From Yuukianura sp. NJ FZ-2021 (lineage: Eukaryota): a stretch of 64,000 nt of DNA. Every line of letters starts with the position of its first letter. Position 1 is the stretch's first letter. The notes below the pieces were generated by a model. The model made no database searches. It saw nothing but the letters and a program-made list of their open reading frames with translations, and was not told the DNA's origin. The stretch covers positions 6,758,001 through 6,822,000 of the forward strand of contig CM102287.1 in NCBI GenBank assembly GCA_046563655.1, given 5' to 3'. The position numbers and the translations under genes are program-made. Below, in pieces: positions 26,401 through 37,666 of the stretch.

Positions 26401-29400
26401 GATCAAAGTGCACAAGAGAGACACTAATCCACCCTCCAACTTCCAATCTTCTACTTTCACCCAAGATTACAAAAGACAACAGGGAAAATACGATACTTTC
26501 TCCCTCGGAACATGTCAAAGGTCAATTGAATCTTAACTCAAAAATAGACTCCACAAAGCCACATCCATTTGTTTTCACTTGGCTAATTACTCAGACACTT
26601 CCAGCCAAGAACACGCTCTTCATCAACACAAATTCACCCCGTAGTGCAGTTCATTCATCACAAAATGGCCTCTGACCTTCGTTCAAAAGCTGCTTTTCTT
26701 TTGAAATCGTTGAGGGTGCAGAAGCTGCCCGTGATTTCGGTTGAAGTGAGGCAGAAGTGAGTTGGTTTATTTTGTAAAGTTGCATTGAGGCTCTTGACTC
26801 TGCCACTCCAGTGGATTAGTCTCTCCACTTCACCAGAAACGCATTAAGTCATTTTCAAAAACTTCATTTGAACAGGCACAAACCCAAACGGCAGATGCAC
26901 TTTTCAAATTACGCGGATTGTGAATAAAAAGGCTTCTGCAGTTTCCGCTCAACAGCCCACTTCAACTGATTAACATTATTCTGCCACTCCACAAAATCTG
27001 AATAGTGAAAAACGTTACTTTTTCAAAATCTTTTCTTATCCAGCCGCATTTTAAACCGAAGACTCTAAAAATGTCGGGGTTTCCAGCAATTTCCGGGCAA
27101 CAAAAGAAGGAAAGCAGAGAAAGTGGTTGTTCCTATTCCAACTTTTGTGCCTTCATCTTCATATGCTTCCTCCATAAAAGAATGTGGCAGAGATTAGCCG
27201 TAGCATTGTCTGGACCATTCCTGAATCATGGATGGAGGTGACTGCCATTGCATAGATCAGGAACAGAGGCCTCTGATGATCATCCCTTGATCCACCCACA
27301 CTCACAATTTTCATAAGAATTTGAGTCTCCCTAGAAATAAGAAGGTGATTCTCCAAATTTATGAGACTTTTCCCGTCTTGGCTTTCTCTTCTTCCAGGAA
27401 CTTTTGGACCCACCCAACCATCTTACTCCAGCATCCGGGCATTTCTGAATTCCCTCATAAGACTATTTGACTTTCTCTCCAAACTACCATGTGCCACCAT
27501 TATTCACTCAATCACGACTACTTTGCTAGGTTTTGAAAGGGGAAAGGAAAAAATTCCAGTCAAACGTTGCTCGTTATGCTCCAAAAGTTAAGTCAAATTG
27601 GCACTTGTGTAGAATTTATGTCTTTTTAAATTTTGGTGATGTATTGGCACTAGTTAAAAACATTCATTACAGCCAGAAAAAGTTTCAAGTTCACAATAAA
27701 AACGGATTCGTATGTTTCTGAATGAATTGCAACAAAAATGGACTTTCGTAGAATTTAAGACACAAAATAAAACGTTTAATCATTTTCTTTACGAAAAAGA
27801 CTATTTAAAAATGCTTTGTTTCACATTTTTTTCTAGGATCCTACCACTCAGCTGGTGTATTTCTGTTCGTGACCTTACCATGTGTCTGCTCATTTTTACG
27901 AACAAGATGAAGACGACGATGAACGAGACAAGCGTGTGAATTAAGGAATTTGAATTTCCCTGTCTCTCTCCATAATTCAGAAATCTACAACAGCCGTAAC
28001 TAATTTAAAAGCAAAGAAGGAGACTACAGTTTCTCCCTATATCTTGTTCTACATTTGAATCTGGGGTGCCCTTTGCCTTCAAACTTTCTCCCTTTCTCTC
28101 TTCTTAACTCTTCATCTAACAAGACAAACGGCACGCGTCATATTATTTATTCATCTTTTCCATATTCCAAAGTGTATATAAATTCATTCAGAGGGTATCA
28201 AATTTCTTAAATTTCCATTAGAACCAAGCAATTCATGCGTCACGTTTCAACTGAAGTTTTTGAACTAAACTTGAATCTGTAGGAGTAATTTATAATTAAC
28301 AGTAGAGTGAAAATTGATCAGTTTAAGGTTGTTGCTGTTGAGTTTAGCATCTGCAGAGTTATTACATAAATTAGGTGCAAATCGGAAGATCAACGGGGTC
28401 AGGGTTTTAAGGTCCCCGCCTCCTCGTTTTTGTTTTGACATCCGAAACGCATGGACTCGTGTTAACTCTAATCTGATTTGGTCGTATTTCATAATAATTC
28501 AAGCATTTTCAAATTGGAGATTCACAAAGTACTAATATTTCATAATCTCTTGCTAAGATTAGCATCAGGAGGAGCAATGTGGTGCAAAGTTGTTCTCCAG
28601 AGCTCTGAAAACCCGGGTATTGTCCCAGTAGTAACTCGGTTTTTGAAAATCTACTTTGATGGGCCCACAATCACTACTATCTTAATCACCAAAAAGTTAT
28701 TAACGCAACTAGTCAGCTACCCCTAGCATTATCCAAAATTACACATGAACTGCTCTAGTAATTCCCAATTCACTAAATTAAACTCCAATTATTTTTGGAA
28801 TTGGGACGCTTAATACGTTCTGTCCTGTGAAATGGCAGCGCTGCTTTACTTTTATATCGTCTATTTTTAAAAGAAAGAAAAGGAAACAAAATTTTGAATT
28901 TTGGTCCAGTTTAGATAACTTCTGAACACCGTTTCGAAAAATGAAAAACCTATCTCCGTTTTTTCATTTTTCGTTAGCATAAAGTTGAGAGGCGACTGTG
29001 AAGTGTCATAAAGTGACCACACCAGGCACCAGGAACCACCAGAGAACGCATGCGCAGAACAATTAGCCAAGCCTTGATTAATCGTTTCTGGATTGGATTT
29101 GACAGTGTTTTGACAGGCAACAGAGTGAAGTGGACTTGTACTTAACCTAGGCGAGGGCGTTTGTGTTTCTATTGTTTTAGTGATGGTGGCCAGTTTGTCA
29201 ACTTTTTTTTAATGTTCCCAATTTGTTCTCCTCGGGGACCGCACCCACTCCGTACACCGTGTCCACTTTGAAAGGGAATCCATGTACCTCGGAGGCTAAT
29301 TTCCAGCCAGTACTCGTAAAGTACTTGCTCAAACATCTTCCGTCTTCGTTTTAAAACAAAGCGATGTCACTGGATATTCAAGCACTTTGCCGTCAAGTGT

Positions 29401-30309
29401 ATCAGGTTCTCAGAAGTCCAGTTCAGACGCGACATCTGCACTGAGACGGAAAATGAATGAGAATTCCTTCTTGTTCTAATCTGAATTCTTCATCTCCATT
29501 TTTTTGTTTTTACAAATTCGGTTCACAAGATTTGTTTTGTAAAAAAGTACAAATTCAGTCTTTTTAAAAACGTTTAAATAACATCGTTTCTTGTTCATGT
29601 GCATTTTCAAAATCTAAACTTTAGGCATTCAGGATTTCTTGGGGGTTCATTTCGAGTGAATTCAAGAAAAATGTCCGGAGACACATCGAATAATTTCTTG
29701 GACAAATTCAAAAACTATCCTAACTAAGATTTTTGAAACAATGTATTTCGGTTTATTAAATAAAATTTATTATTTAAATTTTTTATTAAATTAAAAGAAA
29801 TGATTCTTTAATAAGCACAAAGAATCAGAAGTCAAGGTGAGCTACTCAAACTCAACAAGGTCTGGATCATAGCAATCAATTTTCCATTGTTACTTAGCCT
29901 ATCCCACATTCTCATTATTTTCATTGTTAAAAATATTTTGGAGATACAATTGCCTGCCGCAAAATGCAAATGAAATCTATTGTTGAAGTTTTCTTTTGTT
30001 GAACTACCTTAACATTTTTTTTTACCTTTCTCCCTGGTTCCTACATAACCAAAACCTCTCGGGATTTGCAACTTATATAAATTATCATTATATATTTTAG
30101 TTCTATAAATAATTAAGCTATGAAATTAAACTCAAAACTGAACCTAATATATTCGTCGATGTCAAACGTGTAAAACTTATAGTCTCTAGTACAGTAATGC
30201 GCCTGACTATGACGCGTAATATCGGCTGGGTTTCTTGAGCAATTCTTGTCACTTTTTAGTATTCCTATCCACGTATTGAATTGTTATTTAACAAGCTTGA
30301 AACGTTGAA

Positions 30310-31048
30310 AACAAAAGATGAAATGGTCGTCTTCCAAAAATTTCTTTTGGGATCAAATTTCAACGATTTCATCACATTTCACTCACATCCTCCGAGTCAG
30401 TTTACATGTACGTGCTAAAATCCACAATTACTAGTCACCGACACCACCACCAACGGCAACAGCAGCATCTAACCTAGCCCTGAAATGAAGAGATGTTACT
30501 TACAATCCAAGAATGACTTTGGAAAAAATCTTCCTAGAATTCTTTTGTTCTTATTGTTTTGCTTGTGACTCTGCATTGCAGTTGGCTTGAAAAGACTTCA
30601 GTTTAACTTCGAATGTTGTTCTAATCCCAATTGCATCATCCCTCGTTTACTTGCACAAAGGAATTTTGAATGTGGCTTGAGAAGGAGGTTATGTGGTTGT
30701 ATATGTTGTGATTTGTGATTAATTACTACAGCCCTTTTTCAATTCACACTTTCAGTCAGTCGCTGACTCAGAAGCAACTTTTTTTGAAATGCCGCACGAC
30801 AATGCTAGTTACCCGCCCTCCTTTTGAATCGCTTTCAATCTTTGGAAATTCCTTGGAAGGATGGACGTTTGAGCATTTCTGCGCAAGAGTGTCACAACTT
30901 TGTACTTGACGTTCCGTCGCCAGCTTCCGTCACACTGGCAATCTCTGGAACTGGAAGTCAAAACTTTTGCAAAGTGTGTCTCATTCTTTGATCGTTTCAA
31001 TAGGAAATGATTGATGAGAATCTTCGCACTTCTTTTAAAGTTGAAAGG
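30310..31048 (-). repeat. Inverted copy C' of 11675-12340
   Basis: See arm C. The peptide IHTFSQSLTQKQL is shared by ORFs 11884(-) and 30715(+). Confidence 0.9.
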
Positions 31049-33260
31049 ACTCACTTTTTAGTAGAAGCAGAAAGTTATTTTGCATGAAAGAAAAAAGTTG
31101 AACAACACTTAACTTTATGGCTTCATTTTTCAAAAAGTCCAGTTGAGCGACATGACAGCGTCTCCGAAATTTTCGCAACTTTTCAAAATTAGGAAAGCTT
31201 TCAATGTAGGCTCAACGAATAAAAAAAAGATACTTCTTATTTTTTTTTTGCTTCACTAAAAGCTACAATGCGTCAGTAAGTGTTTACTTATACTAACTTA
31301 CGTTGTTGCAATTTTAAACCGAAGTGGTTTAATTTGAGTGCAAGCATTTCAAGCGCCATCTTTCACTCATAAGCTTCATCAAGCCTGCAGTCCGATTAAT
31401 TTCCCTTGTTTTGTTATGAGTACTGGGAATAAAATTAAAAATTAATTAACTTTCATTTATAAATATTTCAACTAAAAGTGAAAGTTTGATGAAAAGATTA
31501 TTGTTAGATTAAAAACTGTTTTTAGAGAAAATTAATTTATTGTGATGCATTTTTCGTGTTGAAGAAGGGTTGAAATTTTCGATTTCAGGCGTCTAGGGGT
31601 CAGTTGTGCTTCCGTTTGTTAACTGCTAAATAATTTTCTAAGCATCTGCTTCTCCTCACACGTCAGGAGCTTGTTGAGGCACGACTTATTGTGAAATTCT
31701 GCTGTACTTCGAAGTTGTTACTAGGAAATGCTGTTCTGAATAAACAAAACAGACCATCTAAATGCAAATCCTACCTGGCAGCATTTAGTTTGCAAGCTAG
31801 GATAGTTACGAACACTTCCAAGTAGGGGTTGCATAAACAAAGTTAGGGTAGACAGTGAGAGGGGTCGAGGGGGCCCTGGAAGGGGTCTCAGGACTGATTT
31901 GCTTCCATCACTACTATCTGACATTTCGCTTCATTGCTTCAGAAGAAAAGAGAAGAGATGGAATGGAAGTTCCAGGTTGCTTTCAGCGTCCATTTTCGAA
32001 ATTTCGAAAGTAACGATACGGAATCAAACTTTTCTTTTGGATAAGTTTGAAGAAGCCTGGAAGGATGGTGAAGATCCAGAAAAACTTGAAACCGTCAAAG
32101 AAGAAAGTCATGCTTTTCCCCTTTGTTCATTCAATCACAATAGGAAATGGACTCTAGTTGTAGCCTCCAGACTTTCCACTTTTACCAAAAAAAGAAAAAT
32201 TTAGAACAAGCTATTCAAGACTTTGGACAAGAAAAAAAACTTCGGAACTTTGACAAATGGATCTTTCTTTCGCCTTTTTTTTCGCCAACAGCACTCCACA
32301 ATTTTCTTTTTTGAAAATTTTAAAAACTTTTTTCTTTCTCAAAATTTTCCAGGATCTCATCATTTGTGATTGTGCAAAGCCCATTCTTTAGTCTGGATTT
32401 TTTTCCCTCGATAACCCAAATCCATCCGAAAGTTGAAAGCTTCTGTTGTACCCTGAAGCTAAATTTGATTCACTTAATTCTTGATTTTTACGAACAAAGA
32501 TATTTCGAGGCAGAATAAAAGTTGTCCAAACAAAATGAAACTTTAAAATACGATGTTTCAATTCAAAGTTCTGTATGAAATCAAAACTTTTTCTTTACGG
32601 TTCACTTTTCATCATTGTTATTACTCAAAAACATTTTTTATTTTATTTTAGGTTTTCATAGTTTAATTTGTCAGAATACCTTTTCAGAATACCTAACTTT
32701 TTGCGAACTCACCATTGGGTATTCACAAATAGTGTTATCAGCTTTGGTGGGTTCCGGACGTAAACTGATGAACATTTCAGAATTCGCCATCACGGCAATT
32801 CCATAGTTAATTACATTTGGGTTTTCAGTTGATAGATTATGTGTGGACAACTGAACCAAAAATGGAATACCCAATGAAAGCAACGCACATTGCGTTGATG
32901 CGTACTAATCACTCATTCTTATTCTTAATGTCATATACAATCTCATATTCTTATGTGTAGTGTAGTATGAATGTGAATTCTGAATTTCAGGCCGGACGTA
33001 AATTCCATGTTGAATGTACAACATTTCCCAAAATCCGTCTCGAACTCGATAGAACGAAGTGACTTGACTGGAGAATTTGTGATGGCTAAAAGCATTTTAA
33101 AATAGGTGTATAAATGCTACTACGTGCGTTGATTTAAACGATAAGCTGAAATTATAATTGAGATCATAAGGAGCAGGCATTTACTACTATTGGCTTAATA
33201 GAAATTAATTGTGAAACTAAATAACTACTAAAAATACAAATTTTAGGGTCGTATTTAACG

Positions 33261-35445
33261 CTAAGTAAGAAGTATGATGCTAAAAAATATCAGCATGCAG
33301 TTCAACCCTACCAGGACCTTCAAATTAGCTGAAAGAATGACTTCCTTGAAGGAACGCGAAGTGGTTTTAGCGTGGTGACATAGTTCCACTGCGATCACGC
33401 TAATGTAAATGATGTCTGTTGACATAAACAGAAGATCCCGGAGTACTTGATGTAGTCTTCCTTTACCCAAAAGCACATTCGAAACGAACTGGTCCCAGCT
33501 TGCTAGAAAGATGTGAAACAGCGCGATGTTGGCGATAACCAGGAGAGGCAGAGGTTGAAGGTTTTTTCTCTTGTCCAAGTAGTTGAGCACAAGAAGTGTA
33601 GTCACAAGTTCTGATACGGTAAAGAAGAGTTGGTGGTACCACTGCGAGAAGAAGTCATCGTTGTAGTAATTGATGGTTCCCCACCAAGCGTAGTAGTTAG
33701 AAAAGATGGAAACGACGAATATGAATGCCATGGACCATCGAAGTTTTCGTTGAAGGAGTAGGTTCACCACTACCTTACAGGATTTGTACAGCGAAACCAC
33801 TCCTATTACAGTGATTGCCCAGATTTTGGAAGTCGTCCAGGTAGAATTGAAGTACATATGCTTGAATCGTATACCCCCCCCCCCCCTGGCCAGTCGAGTT
33901 AGTTCCTAGTCCAACAGGTGATTCATATGGACCTAAAAGATAAGATTCATTCAATTAACCTGTATTCTATTAGCATGGATGTGATCATCCGTAAGGTGGC
34001 AGTTTGTCTTACCTTTGAATACAGTATCCCAGCAAGTGCAGCTACAATTTTGCCGGTCGACGGGAAGTTTGGAGCTGCTCCACATGACGTAGAAGATCAT
34101 CATATGCAACGACGGTAGAATTATTGGGAGCAAAGTTCCTATAACGGTTGGCAGTAGAGGGATTCAATAGAGAATGGGAAAAAACCGAAACCAACCACAA
34201 ACCTCGAAAAACTAAAACCAACCCAAAGCTAAACAGAAGTTGAAGCTCGGATTCAATTGGAAACTTGAGTTCAGCTTCTCTCGGTTTGGGTTTCCAAGCT
34301 GAAACTGAGCCGATCGTCTCAAACCTATACCTCCTTACAAAAGCAAGTTGGGGCGGGAAAAATTTTGAATTGAAATTTCAAATTGAAATTGTGTTTACCT
34401 AATCAGCTAACTTTTACAAAACTAAACTTTATAACTTTTTTACATTCCATATCAAGTCAATTAGTTCCCATCTCACTACTTTCAACTTTTGAGACAAGGA
34501 ATAGGCACTGACCACTAAGGCGCTGACCTCTTCCTTGCTTCATATGATGGATTCGATTAATTGTACTTGCTTTTATGAATTTGCTTTTATTATAACGAAT
34601 GTTACCAGTTATGAACTAACTTTCATTCCATTCCATACCAATTATACCAATTAAGTTTGTTAAGGGCAATTACGTTTAATGTTTATTCTGGGAATCAGTT
34701 AAAGAACCACCGGATGGTCAGAGCCATGAAAATGGTCAGCGCCTCCGGTGAGTCCACATCATTTGGCATACCCGGAGAACGCTTAAGACATAAAACGACT
34801 TACTGTTAGCAGAAATCTAAGCGTAATGTGCAAATAACATGATTAGGTTAATGCAGATCTCATTTTAATAGTATAGTTACTCCCTCCACTGCATAAAACT
34901 AGGGTGTTTCTCTATTCCGAACTGGGAGCTCACGCCATGACTTTAATGTCACAATCACTGCACAATTAGTGTTGTTGGGTATGGTGTTAGACTTTACAAC
35001 TTTTGTAATCTATCGGACTACTGTGCTGACCACTTATTACGGCGCTGACAGTAGTCCAAACAGTGATAATTAGTAATTAGTAATGCCGAAGTAATGGGTA
35101 AACCCGTTCCAAGCCTGGTCCGGACCTGGATTGCAAAAGCTTGGTTTCGGCAACCTTTTAGCTTACTCCAAAAGTCTATTGAATAACCCGATTCAATAGA
35201 CCTCGAGTTTTCTCCTGTTTGGCTCGGTTTCCTCTCACTTTCTGGTTGGCTTGGGGTTGGCTTGAGCAAAAAATTTTTGGATTGCATAGGTTTCGGCTAG
35301 CAATCCGGTTTGAAGACAAGCTCAAGCCAAACTCCATTCTCTATTGAATCCACCTACTGAGATACGTTTCTATCTGGTAGCAGCTGAATGTCGACTTGGA
35401 ATGTCTTGGCTTCGAATATGTAACAACTGCACCCTCTTGTGGCAT
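33261..35445 (-). CDS. Uncharacterised multi-pass membrane protein (~294 aa), 3 coding exons; apparent +1 frameshift in a G13 run
   Basis: Exons 35445-35358 (MPQEGAVV..IETYL), 34138-34013 (TLLPIILPSLHMMIFYVMW..NCSCTCWDTVFKG) and 33932-33261 (PYESPVG..FKHMYFNSTWTT..YYAWWGTINYYNDDFFSQWYHQLFFTVSEL..). Introns are GTAGGT..TTATAG and GTAAGA..TTTTAG, both phase 1. The 198-aa ORF has several hydrophobic segments. The frame closes only if the C run at 33874-33886 is 12 rather than 13. Exons 2-3 are solid; exon 1 is less certain. Confidence 0.8.
34152..35359. mobile_element. Non-autonomous TIR DNA transposon (CAG-starting, hAT-like ends) forming intron 1 of the membrane-protein gene
   Basis: 26-bp TIRs: cagtagagggattcaatagagaatgg (34152-34177) and ccattctctattgaatccacctactg (35334-35359), 2 mismatches. 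Subterminal aaaccgaaacc/ggtttcgg-type motifs. No transposase ORF and no clean TSD seen. Confidence 0.8.
34503..34744. mobile_element. Degenerate nested inverted-repeat element inside the 34152-35359 element
   Basis: aggcactgacc..aggcgctgacc on the left mirrors ggtcagagcc..ggtcagcgcct on the right. Confidence 0.4.
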
Positions 35446-35460
35446 TATATCGGCCCTGAC

Positions 35461-35594
35461 GCGAGAACCCTTTCAGCACCGCAGCACCGCACATTACGAG
35501 ACGTAAGTTAGGTTTGTCCAGGTTAGGTTAGGTTAGGACAACCATAACATACGCTCCGAAAAGTGCGGTGCTGCGGCGCTGAAAGGGTTTTCCC
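35461..35594. mobile_element. Mutator-like MITE with 9-bp TSD and TTAGG-repeat core
   Basis: TSD ggccctgac at 35452-35460 and 35595-35603. Inverted arms gcgagaaccctttcagcaccgcagcaccgcac / gtgcggtgctgcggcgctgaaagggttttccc. The loop contains ggttaggttaggttagg. Confidence 0.85.
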
Positions 35595-36189
35595 GGCCCT
35601 GACCCTGACTAAAAGTTTGACGGGTTATCTGAAATTACTGTCTGAAGTGACGTAGCTTGGCCCAGGAGCTTGGGAAATGACCTGAAACGACAAAAACAAT
35701 TTTCCCGTTAACTCTTTCCTCGTTTAGACTGCTGGAAAATGCTGGGAAGTCACTGGGAAAAGAAGTAAACCTCTTTATTCTGTTATCTGAAGTTGGACCT
35801 ACTATTCCACTGAATCGTCTGAAGTGACCATAGTTTTGGGTAGTGGGAATGTGGGAAACGAATTTTTTCGGCGATACGAGTTAAATTCCTGAGTTTGAAC
35901 GTTGGAAAAGCTCTGAAGTTGAGTTTACTTTTTCTGCGGGGTGGATTGGGGCAAGTTCCAAGGTTGTTCACAATAGAAATTTGAATTTCTATAAGATAAT
36001 GAAGATAATAAGAATTGTGTTCTATGTCACCGCTCTGAAGGCGCGCGTTAGGTTATTCAAATATAGCTATAATGATCAGGTTTATCAAAAATGATCAAGA
36101 TTTTCGACGTTTTCATGTTTGGAACATTTGCTGTTGCGATCATTTTACTTCGGATCAATTCACTTTTCCACTTTTTATATTGTGATCTT

Positions 36190-36265
36190 TTTACATTGCG
36201 ACGATTTCACTTGCGAGCTTTTTACCTGCGACCTTATTATTTGCGACCAACTTATTTTGACCATA
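36190..36265. repeat. Degenerate ~15-bp tandem repeat (ttgcgac core), probably a MITE arm remnant
   Basis: ttacattgcgacg / ttcacttgcgagc / ttacctgcgacc / tatttgcgacc / tattttgacc in succession. Confidence 0.5.
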
Positions 36266-36288
36266 TTACGTGCTACGTGACCAGCAGG

Positions 36289-36362
36289 CGGACAGAAAGA
36301 CAGACACACAGACAGAGTCGGAGACAAACACAAAGTAGCTCATACTTTCGCTACTTAATAAA
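36289..36362 (-). mobile_element. DINE-1/Helentron-like element end (GACA microsatellite + conserved terminus)
   Basis: ttcgctacttaataa is the reverse complement of the ttattaagtagcgaa terminus at 43234. The adjacent (gaca)n-like tract is ggacagaaagacagacacacagacag. Confidence 0.55.
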
Positions 36363-36612
36363 TCGTATGGGACTTAGGGAAGGTCGCTAATCCAGCTAAA
36401 TTGTTGTGCTCGCCGCTTTAGTATTAATGACTACCCGACAACAACAACTTTAGTTTCGTAATTTTATTTAAAAAAAGAAATCAATTTCTGATAGCGTTTT
36501 TGCAAAAAGAAAGTGTTGGAGTAACTTTGACTGTAAGGAAGTCGACGCCATCTGATGAGTACACTATATATTACTCTAATTAATTTATTAATATATTACT
36601 CTAATTAATATA

Positions 36613-36890
36613 TTACTTTTGGAAAAAAGTGGATTTTCAAAATTTATGCAGAATTTCAAAAACTACAAAATATTGTTTTTTTTTTTCAAACGTCATCACA
36701 CCTTCTGAGTTTCTAGCTTTTTTTACTTTTTGGAAAAAAGTGAATTTTCATAATTTATGCAGAATTTCAAAAACTACAAAATATTGTTTTTTTCGAACGC
36801 CATCACACCTTCTCACTTTCTAGCTTTTTACTTTTTGGAAAAAAGTGAATTTTCATAATTTATGCAGAATTTCAAAAATTCCAAAATATT
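36613..36890. repeat. Tandem repeat, ~105-110-bp unit, about 2.6 copies
   Basis: ttactttt(t)ggaaaaaagtg(g/a)attttca(a/t)aatttatgcagaatttcaaaaa recurs at ~36613, ~36723 and ~36828. Confidence 0.85.
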
Positions 36891-36999
36891 TTCGAAAATT
36901 CCATGTATACATGATTTTGCACACGCGCAACTCAACCCGCGCCGAACAAATCACAATGATTAGATTTTGAGAATAAACAAGTAAACGAAGAACTTCATA

Positions 37000-37137
37000 C
37001 AATGAGGATACTAAAGAACGAGAGTAAGTTTGAGTTTTTCTCCACCCGCCAGTTTTTTATAGTTGAGTTGGGATGGCTAAAAAACTGGCGGGTGGAGAAA
37101 AACTCAAACTTACTCTCGTTCTTTGGTATCCTCATTG
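37000..37137. mobile_element. Short near-perfect foldback/MITE (~59-bp arms, ~20-bp loop)
   Basis: caatgaggatactaaagaacgagagtaagtttgagtttttctccacccgccagtttttta pairs with taaaaaactggcgggtggagaaaaactcaaacttactctcgttctttggtatcctcattg (1 mismatch). Confidence 0.8.
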
Positions 37138-37666
37138 GTAGGTGCTCATTCATTTAATCCGCATAAAATTAGAACAGCATGATGCGATGCACGAGGAATT
37201 AATCAAGAAACAGATGTCTGCAGAAATTAAAGTCACATCAAAGTCCCCTATCACCTTCCTCGCTTCGCCAAAAACCTTTTACTCTACCCACATGCTATGT
37301 ATACGACAACTACACTTTACCTATATTCTGTATACCTAGTGTTTACTAAAACTGAGCAAGAGGAAATGAAGGCTAGGAAAATCCGTCGTCTCCCTCAAAG
37401 TCTCACTCTCACTGTGTGTTCTGTTTTGTGATCGGGCAGTCATCGAGTCATCCTCATCATTTAGATTTAGAACATCGAACATTATTATTACAATCAGCTG
37501 ATCAAATCAAAACACTAAAGTTTGTGTTCCGTTTTTGCAGTACACGGAACTTACACAGGAGAGAGCAATATTAATTGACCTTAATTTAACGGTTGGAGCA
37601 ATTCGTATTTTATTAACTTGTGAACTTGGATTATCGGTACCGTCAACGTGTATGGGTAGGTGCATT

